Below, one piece after another: positions 1 to 8,499 of a stretch of DNA of 64,000 nt. Origin of the DNA: Oscillospiraceae bacterium (GTDB lineage: Bacteria > Bacillota > Clostridia > Oscillospirales > Acutalibacteraceae); assembly GCA_902769255.1 (NCBI GenBank), contig CACXOM010000004.1:5100-69099 (forward strand). The letters run 5' to 3'. The stretch's first letter is position 1. Every line of letters begins with the position of its first letter. The translations under genes were made by a program, and so were the position numbers. Under the pieces are notes generated by a model. That model saw nothing but the letters and a program-made list of their open reading frames with translations. It was not told the DNA's origin and made no database searches.

Positions 1-1281
1 TGCAACTACGGTGTTTGTTTCAAAATCGTAATGTGCTTGCTGATGAGAAACGCCGTTTAATCTCATATCAATTGTATTGTTTCTTGCAACTGCCATAAAG
101 CCTTTTAAGTCTGTACCGTCAGTTACCTGATAAAAAGCATTTTTAGTTTTGTTATATTTAAACAATCCTGAATATTTACTGCTTGTGTCGCCTGAGTTAA
201 AGCTGTGAGCTACATAAAGTTCGCCTTTAAAAGCAAATATATCATAAGCGCGCCAGTAATATGTTGTGCGTCTGGTTGTGCCGTCAGTACTCGAGTAACT
301 CGGTCCGTCTAAACGCTTGCCCTCAAAATCATATAATTCAATGTTTTGAGCGTTGGTGTCGGTGCAAATATTATTGCCCGAAATTTTTTGAACACAATAA
401 TCTATTACTTGTTTTCCGTCTTGCACCATTCCGGCAAAATAATAATCGCCGTCAAATTTTATCATATCATAGCAGTGAATAGACCAAGGCAATTTATAAT
501 AATCAGTCCATTTGTTTTTATCAGAATCATAAGCGTAATAACTGCCGTTATTCATTAAAAGCGGGTCGGTTGAAATAGTAAAAAGTGTTCCGTCAATCAT
601 AAAGAAACGTTGAGCCGCCTCGGTGCTTAAAACATTATCGGTTACATCAGACCTGCTTTTGATTTTAAACAAACGCTTTTTATTTGATTCGTTTGTGAAA
701 AAGAAGAGCGGAGTACCGCCGTAAGCGGCGCCTGAATTTTCGCCGTAGTCGCCGTAGCCCATAACAACTTTGTTGTTAACAACAGCCATATCCCAAATGT
801 TTTGAGCATAGGTATTGTTTTTGTCTACAATATAGTCAGCGGCAGGAAAACCTAAACTTTCAGGTTCGGCAGTTTTGTTTTCAACCATACCGAGTAAGTT
901 TTCTGCATTAAAAGCCGAAATCCATCTGTTAATATTGCTTTTTTGCGTTTCGCTCAAAGCGTTAAATGCCGAGGTGCTTAAACTTGATTTATAATCAGCG
1001 GCAACTTGGTTTATAGAGCGCATATTGTCGTTTTGTGTTGCATAAGAATAAAAGCCGTCAACACAAACATAACCTCTGCCGACAAAGTTTCTGTAAATAT
1101 TACCCGAAATTTTGTTAAAGCCTGTGTTCTTTTCAAGAATTTTTATAATTGAGCCTACAATACCGGTAAAATTGTCTTCGGTAAAATACTCGTCTGCAGT
1201 ATAAGGCACATCAACCTTAATTTCGGTTTTTTGTGTCAATTCTGCTTCAAGCGTATCAACCGGTGCTATTAACGTACCCAT
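1..1281 (-). CDS. secreted protein of unknown function, partial (C-terminal end lies beyond base 1)
   Basis: The minus-strand frame aligned to bases 1-3 has no stop triplet (tta/cta/tca on + strand) from base 1 to 1299, checked triplet by triplet. First ATG at 1279-1281. Missing from the ORF track only because it runs off the window edge. Rich in short aromatic/Gly strands (YYFAG, GELYVAH, GTLFTIS). No family recognised. Confidence 0.6.
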   Translation of the reverse strand, partial: MGTLIAPVDTLEAELTQKTEIKVDVPYTADEYFTEDNFTGIVGSIIKILEKNTGFNKISGNIYRNFVGRGYVCVDGFYSYATQNDNMRSINQVAADYKSSLSTSAFNALSETQKSNINRWISAFNAENLLGMVENKTAEPESLGFPAADYIVDKNNTYAQNIWDMAVVNNKVVMGYGDYGENSGAAYGGTPLFFFTNESNKKRLFKIKSRSDVTDNVLSTEAAQRFFMIDGTLFTISTDPLLMNNGSYYAYDSDKNKWTDYYKLPWSIHCYDMIKFDGDYYFAGMVQDGKQVIDYCVQKISGNNICTDTNAQNIELYDFEGKRLDGPSYSSTDGTTRRTTYYWRAYDIFAFKGELYVAHSFNSGDTSSKYSGLFKYNKTKNAFYQVTDGTDLKGFMAVARNNTIDMRLNGVSHQQAHYDFETNTVVA

Positions 1282-1299
1282 TGTAACAGTATGACCTTC

Positions 1300-1500
1300 T
1301 TATTTAAGTTGCGCAATTTTTGCGGTATCAACTTGTGTGTACCAGCGAATACCGTTAGGCTCAACAAGTCGAATACTTGCACCCTTTATCATAGTTGAGT
1401 CTAATTTTATTCTGGTTTCGGCATAAGAATTAACCGAAGACACAGAACATACGTTTATAATAATAGCAATTGACAATAAAATTAATAATACCCTTTTCAT
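1300..1500 (-). CDS. signal-peptide-bearing N-terminal fragment, in frame with the 1-1299 ORF and separated from it by a single TAA
   Basis: MKRVLLILLSIAIIINVCSVSSVNSYA is a classic Sec signal peptide. The TAA at 1300-1302 is followed in the same frame by open sequence down to base 1. Confidence 0.5.
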   Translation of the reverse strand: MKRVLLILLSIAIIINVCSVSSVNSYAETRIKLDSTMIKGASIRLVEPNGIRWYTQVDTAKIAQLK

Positions 1501-1573
1501 TATTTTACACTCCCAATATAAATATATAATATAATTATACTTTTATTTTATAAAAAAATCAATACAATAATTT

Positions 1574-2383
1574 TTAATGTTTTGCATCAATTGACGGCGA
1601 GGCACCAAACAGCTTTTTATAAGCACGAAAAAACGCCGAATAATCGTTAAATCCGCAATTAACTGCCACTTGCGTTATTCGCTCACCGTCTTTAATCTTC
1701 TTTCTTGCTTGTAACAAACGTTTTATTAAAACATATTCCCAAACCGATTTACCTGTTGCCTGTTTAAAAATGCGGTTTATTTGCGATTGTGATAAATAAA
1801 AATGTTTTGCAATTAAATCTACCGAAATATCATTAAAAAGATTTGCGTTTACATAGCCGATTATGTTGTTTGCGCTACTTGAAGTTTCTTGATATTCAAA
1901 AGTATCGTTTCTTTTGTCGTAAGCTTTTTTAAGCTCATAGACAACCGGCAATAAATAGGCAAGAATACGAGTATATAAATCTGCGTTTTCCTTCGGCTCT
2001 ACCATACTTTTAAAACAAAGTTCTATAAAATCATTTTTTTCATAACGGTTTAGTTGTCCGAGCGGACGCTTTAAAAAAGGGCGTAACAACTCTTTTGTTG
2101 CAATATTGCCGAAAATTTCCGCTGAAAAATGAATTGCAATACGCTCATAAGGCATTGAAGGGTCGATTTGAAGCATATGCGCTTCGCTTGGCATCATAAG
2201 AAACATATCACCTGAATTTAGGTCATATTCTGTGCCTTCGACAATGTATTTGCCTTTTCCATAAATAAAATAATAAAGCTCAAAATATTCGTGCGCATGC
2301 ATATAAAAATCGCTTGGATTAGGTTTTTCATCAATTGAATGATGAATTAAAATACCGTTTGTTTCATAAAAAATTTTCTGCAT
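1574..2383 (-). CDS. AraC family transcriptional regulator (cupin sensor domain + C-terminal HTH)
   Basis: The C-terminal ...NRIFKQATGKSVWEYVLIKRLLQARKKI...VAVNCGFNDYSAFFRAYKKLFGASP is the AraC double-HTH signature. The N-terminal HAHEYFELYYFIYGKG is cupin-like. I prefer the ATG at 2381-2383 (MQKIFYET) over the upstream track start. Confidence 0.85.
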   Translation of the reverse strand: MQKIFYETNGILIHHSIDEKPNPSDFYMHAHEYFELYYFIYGKGKYIVEGTEYDLNSGDMFLMMPSEAHMLQIDPSMPYERIAIHFSAEIFGNIATKELLRPFLKRPLGQLNRYEKNDFIELCFKSMVEPKENADLYTRILAYLLPVVYELKKAYDKRNDTFEYQETSSSANNIIGYVNANLFNDISVDLIAKHFYLSQSQINRIFKQATGKSVWEYVLIKRLLQARKKIKDGERITQVAVNCGFNDYSAFFRAYKKLFGASPSIDAKH

Positions 2384-2421
2384 AAATATCACCAACTTGA
2401 TTTTATCATAAAATGAATGGA

Positions 2422-2461
2422 TTTGCAATATATATTGCAAAAATATGCAATTGAATTGCAA
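2422..2461. promoter_or_regulatory. candidate operator: four TGCAA repeats in helical phase, including the 18-bp perfect palindrome TTGCAATATATATTGCAA
   Basis: TGCAA starts at 2424, 2436, 2446 and 2457 (spacing 12/10/11). Palindrome at 2423-2440. A second near-palindrome TGCAATTGAATTGCA at 2446-2460 overlaps the -35 of the uxaC promoter. Confidence 0.45.
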
Positions 2462-2479
2462 ATTTAGTTATGATACAAT
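2451..2479 (+). promoter_or_regulatory. sigma-A type promoter of the hexuronate operon (TTGAAT-17-TACAAT with TGn extension)
   Basis: TTGAAT at 2451-2456, 17-nt spacer, TG at 2471-2472, TACAAT at 2474-2479. Lies about 25 nt upstream of the uxaC start. Confidence 0.5.
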
Positions 2480-2502
2480 ACATTTGTAAATGAGGTGATT
2501 GC

Positions 2503-3876
2503 TTGAAAAATCAATATTTATTACATTCAAAATGTGCCGAAGATTTGTACGAAAAAGTAAAAAATCTGCCTATTTGCGACTACCATTGTCATTTGTCGCC
2601 AAAAGAGATTTTTGATAATAAACCTTTTGATAACATTGCTAATATGTGGCTTTTGGAGGACCATTATAAATGGCGACTTATGCGCTCGGCGAATATTGAC
2701 GAAGAATTTATAACAGGCGGGGCAAAGCCTTTTGAAAAGTTTAAAAAATATGCTTATGCTATATCGCTGTCGCCTGCCAACCCTTTGTATGATTGGACAA
2801 AATTAGAGCTTAAAAGATATTTTGAAATTGATTTACCGCTTAATTTAGATACGGCTGATGAAATTTACAATAAAGCTAATGAATATATAAAAACGCAAAA
2901 GCTTTCGCCAAGAAAGTTGATAGAAAAATCGAAAGTTAAATTTATTGCAACTACTGACGATATTTCAGACAGCCTTGAATATCACCAATTGTTAAAAAAA
3001 GAAAATTTGTCGTTTTGCGTTTCGCCCTCTTTTCGAGTTGACAATTTGTTGCTTGCAAATAAAGGCGATTATAAAGAATATATAAACAAACTTTCCAAAG
3101 TTTCGTGCGTTGAAATAACTGATATAAAGTCATTGCAAAAAGCGGTAGAAAAAAGGCTCGATTTCTTTTGCGAAAACGGTTGCAAAATGGCTGATATGGG
3201 TATTGAATTTTTCCCTGATGCAGATGATTTTTGCACCGATTTATCACAAGCAGACAAAATTTTTAAATCGGCATTAAAAGGCAAAATAACATATAAAAAC
3301 CTTTTAAAATTCATTGCTTTTATGATAGTTTTTCTTTCAAAGTTATACAAAGAAAGAAATCTTATATCGCAATGGCATTTAGGCGTAAAAAGAAATGCAA
3401 ATTCTAAATTGTTTTTAAAATTGGGCGCAGACTGCGGCTGCGATACGGTGGGCGAAGCGCCAAGCGCTGTTTCACTTATAAAAGCGCTTGACACGCTAAA
3501 TCAAAACGGCGGTTTGCCAAAAACAATAGTTTACACGCTTGATAATAATACCGCTTCAAAATACGCCTCAATTTGTTATGCTTTTAGAAATGTTTTGCTC
3601 GGTAACGCTTGGTGGTTTTGCGATACCAAACGCAAAAATATTGAGCAAATTCATACAATTGCCGAAAATTCGGCGTTGGGCGTTCACCCCGGAATGCTTA
3701 CTGATTCTCGTTCGTTTTTGTCTTATTCACGGCATGATTATTTTAGAAGACTGCTTTGTGATGAAATAGGCAAATTGGTTGAAAACGGCGAATATGATAT
3801 AAATTCGGCGGAATATATTGTAAAAGCGGTAAGTTATTACAATGCCGCTAAAATGACAGGAGTTGAGAGTTTATGA
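2503..3876 (+). CDS. uxaC: glucuronate (uronate) isomerase
   Basis: LPICDYHCHLSPKEI...EDHYKWRLMRSANIDEEFITG is the UxaC N-terminal signature. Length 457 aa. TTG start preceded by GAGGTGA. Confidence 0.9.
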   Translation: MKNQYLLHSKCAEDLYEKVKNLPICDYHCHLSPKEIFDNKPFDNIANMWLLEDHYKWRLMRSANIDEEFITGGAKPFEKFKKYAYAISLSPANPLYDWTKLELKRYFEIDLPLNLDTADEIYNKANEYIKTQKLSPRKLIEKSKVKFIATTDDISDSLEYHQLLKKENLSFCVSPSFRVDNLLLANKGDYKEYINKLSKVSCVEITDIKSLQKAVEKRLDFFCENGCKMADMGIEFFPDADDFCTDLSQADKIFKSALKGKITYKNLLKFIAFMIVFLSKLYKERNLISQWHLGVKRNANSKLFLKLGADCGCDTVGEAPSAVSLIKALDTLNQNGGLPKTIVYTLDNNTASKYASICYAFRNVLLGNAWWFCDTKRKNIEQIHTIAENSALGVHPGMLTDSRSFLSYSRHDYFRRLLCDEIGKLVENGEYDINSAEYIVKAVSYYNAAKMTGVESL

Positions 3877-4901
3877 AATTAACATTTCGTTGGTATGGCG
3901 AAAATGACCCTGTAACGCTTGAAAAAATAAGACAAATTCCTACTGTAAGCGGTATTGTTTCGGCGGTTTATGATGTAAAACCCGGCGAAGTTTGGAGCGA
4001 AAATTCTATTAATAAAATCAAAAGTCAAGCGAGCGAAAACGGGCTTGAATTTGAAGTGGTTGAAAGCGTGCCTGTGCCTGAAGAAATAAAACTCGGCACA
4101 AGAGACGCTGACAGATTAATAGATAACTACTGCGAAAATTTAAAAAGACTCTCAAAAGCGGGAGTAAAATGTGTTTGCTACAACTTTATGCCGGTGTTTG
4201 ATTGGTTAAGAAGCAACCTTGAATTTAAACATTCAGACGGCTCAAATTCGCTTGCTTACAATGAAAAAGATGTTTTAAAAATGAATCCTTTAAAAAGCGA
4301 ACTTTCGCTTCCGGGTTGGGACGAAAGTTATTCTAAAGAAGAACTTAAAAATCTGCTTAAAGAATATGAAAATATTGATGAAGAAAAACTTTTTTTAAAC
4401 GCAAAAAGGTTTTTGCAAGCGGTAATTCCTGTAGCCGAACAAGTTGGAATTAAGATGGCAATTCACCCTGATGACCCGCCTTGGAGCATATTCGGCTTAC
4501 CACGAATTATTACCAATGAAGAGAATATTGAAAAGTATTTGAATTTATACAAAAGCGAGGCAAACGGGCTTACTCTTTGCACAGGCTCGCTCGGGGCTAA
4601 CCCTGATAATGATATGGTAGAGTTTGCGAAAAAGTTTGCTTTAAGAATGCCTTTTTTACATCTTCGCAACATAAAAATTACAGGTGAAAAGCAGTTTTAT
4701 GAAACGGCTCACCCTGCTGAGTGCGGCTCGCTTGATATGCCGAATATTGTAAAAGCGTTAGTTAAAGGCGGTTTTGACGGCTATGTTCGACCGGACCACG
4801 GCAGAATGATTTGGGGCGAAGTTGGAAGATACGGCTATGGGCTTTTTGACCGTGCGCTCGGTGCTATGTATATTAAAGGACTTTTTGATGCTGTTAAATG
4901 A
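3873..4901 (+). CDS. uxuA: mannonate dehydratase
   Basis: MKLTFRWYGENDPVTLEKIRQIP... is a typical UxuA start. Its start overlaps the uxaC stop by 4 nt. Confidence 0.9.
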   Translation: MKLTFRWYGENDPVTLEKIRQIPTVSGIVSAVYDVKPGEVWSENSINKIKSQASENGLEFEVVESVPVPEEIKLGTRDADRLIDNYCENLKRLSKAGVKCVCYNFMPVFDWLRSNLEFKHSDGSNSLAYNEKDVLKMNPLKSELSLPGWDESYSKEELKNLLKEYENIDEEKLFLNAKRFLQAVIPVAEQVGIKMAIHPDDPPWSIFGLPRIITNEENIEKYLNLYKSEANGLTLCTGSLGANPDNDMVEFAKKFALRMPFLHLRNIKITGEKQFYETAHPAECGSLDMPNIVKALVKGGFDGYVRPDHGRMIWGEVGRYGYGLFDRALGAMYIKGLFDAVK

Positions 4902-4913
4902 AGGAGAGGTTTT

Positions 4914-5735
4914 ATGAAAAATATAGTTATAACAGGTGCAGGCGGTGTTCTTTGCTCGGCTTTTGCGAAGTTTTTAGCCGAAAAAGGCAATAATATTGCT
5001 TTGCTTGACATTAATTTTGATTCTGCAAATAAAGTTGCCGAACAAATTAATAAAAACGGCGGCAGCGCAAAGGCTTATAAAACAAATGTGCTTGATAAAG
5101 AGAATTTAAACGGTGTTCATAAACAGGTTTTAAAAGATTTCGGCAAATGCGACATTTTAATTAACGGCGCAGGGGGCAACAGCCCAAAATGCACAACTAC
5201 TAATGAAATATTTGAAAAAAACTTTGAAAACGGCGATGAAAATATAACATTTTTTGACCTTGATAAAGCGGGATTTCAATTTGTTTTTGACTTAAACATT
5301 TTAGGAACTGTGCTTACAACGCAGGTTTTTGCACCCGATATGATTGGCAAAAAAGGTTGCAATATTTTAAATATTTCTTCAATGAACGCTTATCGCCCGC
5401 TTACAAAAATTCCGGCATATTCCGCCGCCAAAGCAGGCGTTTCAAATCTTACCCAATGGCTTGCAACGCATTTTGCAAAAGAGAATATCAGAGTAAACGC
5501 AATTGCGCCGGGATTTTTTGTTACAAATCAAAACAAGGCGTTGCTTTTTGATGAAAACGGCAATGCGACCAAAAGAACGCAAAAAATTCTAAACGCCACG
5601 CCTATGGGCAGGTTTGGCGATGAAAAAGAACTGCTCGGTGCGCTTGAATTTTTAACCGACAGCGAAAAATCAAGTTTTATTACCGGTGTAATTTTGCCGA
5701 TTGACGGCGGTTTTTCCGCTTATTCGGGCGTTTAA
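4914..5735 (+). CDS. SDR-family oxidoreductase, probably D-mannonate oxidoreductase (YjmF/UxuB-like short-chain type)
   Basis: TGAGGVLC Rossmann motif and the YSAAK catalytic motif. The position directly after uxuA matches the Firmicutes hexuronate arrangement. Confidence 0.65.
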   Translation: MKNIVITGAGGVLCSAFAKFLAEKGNNIALLDINFDSANKVAEQINKNGGSAKAYKTNVLDKENLNGVHKQVLKDFGKCDILINGAGGNSPKCTTTNEIFEKNFENGDENITFFDLDKAGFQFVFDLNILGTVLTTQVFAPDMIGKKGCNILNISSMNAYRPLTKIPAYSAAKAGVSNLTQWLATHFAKENIRVNAIAPGFFVTNQNKALLFDENGNATKRTQKILNATPMGRFGDEKELLGALEFLTDSEKSSFITGVILPIDGGFSAYSGV

Positions 5736-5745
5736 GGAGATTTTT

Positions 5746-6576
5746 ATGAGAAATTTTAAATTTGCCGCCTTTGCCGATGAGGCAGGGGAAAGTTTGCAAG
5801 AGCAAATAAAAGCGCTAAAAGAAAATAATTGCAATTTAATTGAAATTCGCGGTGTAAACGGAAAAAATATTTTAGACACGCCTTTAGAAGAAGTTAAAAA
5901 AATAGGCGAACAATTAAAAGAGCAAGGCATTTTTGTTTGGTCGCTCGGCTCGCCAATTGGAAAAATAAATATTAATGATAATTTTGAAAATCATATTGAA
6001 AAGTTTAAAAAAGCAATTGAAATTTGCAATATTTTAGGCGCAGAAAATATGAGAATTTTTAGTTTTTATGTTGATAATAACTACAAAGACACAAGAGAAA
6101 AAGTTTTAAAAAGGCTTAATAAATTTGTTGAATTATCAAAGAACAGCAATATTACGCTTTGCCATGAAAACGAAAAAGGAATTTGGGGCGATAAAGCTTC
6201 AAGATGTTTAGAAATTCACAAAAATATACCGCAAATTAAAGCGGTTTTTGACCCTGCTAATTTTGTTCAATGCGAACAAGACAGCGAAAAAGCATTTGAA
6301 ATGTTACAGCCCTATATTAAATATATGCACATTAAAGATGCTGACAAAAACGGCATTGTAAAAGCGGCAGGGCACGGCGAGGGCAAAATATTTAAACTGC
6401 TAAAAAAATACTCAGGCGAAGTTTTAACGCTCGAGCCTCATTTGTGGGAATTCTCGGGACTTAAAAACCTTGAAAAAAACGAAAATTCAAGCGTAGTTGA
6501 AAACGCTTTTTCTTCACAGCGAGAAGCGTTTGATTATGCTTTTAATTCGCTTAAAAATCTGGTAAAGGAAGTGTAA
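5746..6576 (+). CDS. sugar phosphate isomerase/epimerase (xylose-isomerase-like TIM barrel) protein
   Basis: Pattern of MRIFSF...HENEKG...FDPANF...HIKD, typical metal-binding strands of the AP_endonuc_2 / xylose-isomerase-like fold. ATG at 5746 preceded by AAGGAG. Confidence 0.7.
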   Translation: MRNFKFAAFADEAGESLQEQIKALKENNCNLIEIRGVNGKNILDTPLEEVKKIGEQLKEQGIFVWSLGSPIGKININDNFENHIEKFKKAIEICNILGAENMRIFSFYVDNNYKDTREKVLKRLNKFVELSKNSNITLCHENEKGIWGDKASRCLEIHKNIPQIKAVFDPANFVQCEQDSEKAFEMLQPYIKYMHIKDADKNGIVKAAGHGEGKIFKLLKKYSGEVLTLEPHLWEFSGLKNLEKNENSSVVENAFSSQREAFDYAFNSLKNLVKEV

Positions 6577-6579
6577 AAA

Positions 6580-7323
6580 ATGAAAATAGGCGCTCAACTT
6601 TATACTGTTCGTGATTTTTGCAAAACACCCGATGAATTATCGCTTACTTTTAAAAAAATAGCCGATATAGGCTACAAATATGTTCAACTTTCGGGAATTT
6701 GCGAGTGTGAGGCAAACTGGCTAAAATCACAACTTGAGTTAAACGGTTTAATAGGATACATTACGCATAACAACGGTGACAAATTAATAAACAATACCGA
6801 CAAAGTTATTGCCGAACATAAAGAACTTAATTGTCATTATATTGGGCTTGGTTGGTATGATTTTAGAAGCAACAGTCTTTCGGATTTTGTTGAAAAATTC
6901 ATTCCCGTTGCTAATAGAATTAAAGACGCAGGTTTTCAGTTTATGTATCACAACCATGATTTTGAGTTTAAAAAGCAAAACGGAAAAACTATTTTAAATC
7001 ATTTAGCGGAAAATTTTACACCCGAACAAATGGGCTTTACGCTCGACACTTTTTGGGCGCAAGCAGGCGGTTGCGACCCTGCAAAACTTATTTGCGATTT
7101 AAAAGGCAGAGTGCCCTGTGTTCATTATAAAGATATGTCTTATGATAGGAAAATGGAAGCGGTAGGACAAGGCAATATGAATTGGGATTCAATTATTGAA
7201 GCGAGTTTAAAAAGCGGTGTTGAGATTGCTTTTGTCGAGCAAGATGACACAGGCGGCGAAGACCCGTTTGAATGTTTAAAACAAAGTTATGATTTTTTAA
7301 TTGCGCAAGGTTTAAAAGCGTAA
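6580..7323 (+). CDS. sugar phosphate isomerase/epimerase (xylose-isomerase-like TIM barrel) protein
   Basis: MKIGAQLYTVRD..., YHNHDFEF, LDTFW and VEQD are typical strand-end motifs of this fold. Confidence 0.7.
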   Translation: MKIGAQLYTVRDFCKTPDELSLTFKKIADIGYKYVQLSGICECEANWLKSQLELNGLIGYITHNNGDKLINNTDKVIAEHKELNCHYIGLGWYDFRSNSLSDFVEKFIPVANRIKDAGFQFMYHNHDFEFKKQNGKTILNHLAENFTPEQMGFTLDTFWAQAGGCDPAKLICDLKGRVPCVHYKDMSYDRKMEAVGQGNMNWDSIIEASLKSGVEIAFVEQDDTGGEDPFECLKQSYDFLIAQGLKA

Positions 7324-7338
7324 AAAGGGGTGTTTTTT

Positions 7339-8499
7339 ATGGAAAAATTAAAACTCGGTATTATCGGCATAGGCAATATGGGCTCGGCTCATGCTCAAAA
7401 TATTGTTTCGGGCAAATGCCCTGAAATAGAACTTTGTGCCGTTGCCGATAAAAATAAAAAAAGGCTTGATTGGGCAAAAGAAACTTTGCCTAAAACTGTA
7501 AAAACTTTTGATTCAGGCGAAAAAATGCTTGATTCAGGAGTTATTAACGCTTGCATTGTAGCAGTACCGCATTATGACCACGCTTATTTTGCGATGGAAT
7601 GTTTTAAAAGAAATATAAATGTTATGGTTGAAAAACCTGCCGGCGTTTACACAAAACAAGTTAAAGAAATGAACAATGCTTCTAAAAAAACTAAAGCGGT
7701 TTTTGCAATGATGTTTAACCAGCGAACAAACCCGTTATACATTCATATGCGAGAAATGGTTAAAAGCGGTGAAATGGGCAAAATTAAGCGTGTTTCTTGG
7801 ATTATTACCGATTGGTACAGAACGCAGTCTTATTACGACTCGGGCGATTGGCGTGCAACTTGGTCGGGCGAAGGCGGCGGCGTGCTTCTTAATCAATGTC
7901 CGCATCAACTTGACCTTTTGCAATGGATTTGCGGTATGCCGAAAACTGTTTTATCAAAAATGCATTTCGGCAAATGGCACGACATTGAGGTTGAAGACGA
8001 TGTAACCACTTATATGGAATTTGAAAACGGTGCAACCGGTACTTTTATCACCACAACAGGCGATGCGCCCGGCACAAACCGTTTTGAAATTGATTTAGAA
8101 ATGGGCAAATTAGTTTGCGAAGATAATAAACTAAAAATTTGGAAATCTGAAATAAACGAACGCGAGTGGGTAAAAACTTGTAAACAAGGCTTTGAAAAAC
8201 CCGCCTATGAATATAGCGAGTGGGAGCCTAAAGAAGAGTCAACACAACACATAGGCGTTTTAAACGCATTTGCTAATAATATTCTTCACGGCGGCAATTT
8301 AGTTGCAAACGGCGAAGAGGGAATAAACGGCTTGACTTTATCAAACGCAATGCATTTATCGGCTTTTCTTGAAAAGCAAATTTCTTTGCCGTTTGATGAA
8401 GAACTTTATTATAAGGAACTTATGAAAAGAGTAAAAACCTCAAAACGCAAAACCAATGTTAAAGAACAAATTAATTCTGATATGTCAGGTACATTCTAA
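7339..8499 (+). CDS. Gfo/Idh/MocA family oxidoreductase
   Basis: N-terminal GIIGIGNMGSAHA Rossmann motif, EKP motif, and GGGVLLNQCPHQLD in the C-terminal domain. ATG at 7339 follows AAAGGGG. Confidence 0.85.
   Translation: MEKLKLGIIGIGNMGSAHAQNIVSGKCPEIELCAVADKNKKRLDWAKETLPKTVKTFDSGEKMLDSGVINACIVAVPHYDHAYFAMECFKRNINVMVEKPAGVYTKQVKEMNNASKKTKAVFAMMFNQRTNPLYIHMREMVKSGEMGKIKRVSWIITDWYRTQSYYDSGDWRATWSGEGGGVLLNQCPHQLDLLQWICGMPKTVLSKMHFGKWHDIEVEDDVTTYMEFENGATGTFITTTGDAPGTNRFEIDLEMGKLVCEDNKLKIWKSEINEREWVKTCKQGFEKPAYEYSEWEPKEESTQHIGVLNAFANNILHGGNLVANGEEGINGLTLSNAMHLSAFLEKQISLPFDEELYYKELMKRVKTSKRKTNVKEQINSDMSGTF

Noticed and set aside
2951-3494. Minus-strand ORFs overlapping uxaC (2951-3247, 3069-3494), and similar antisense or alternate-frame ORFs inside uxuA, dnaK, hydB, hydA, relA, recJ and rfbB.
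   Set aside because: All lie fully inside strongly supported genes, lack RBS motifs and have low-complexity or odd composition. They are typical spurious ORFs.
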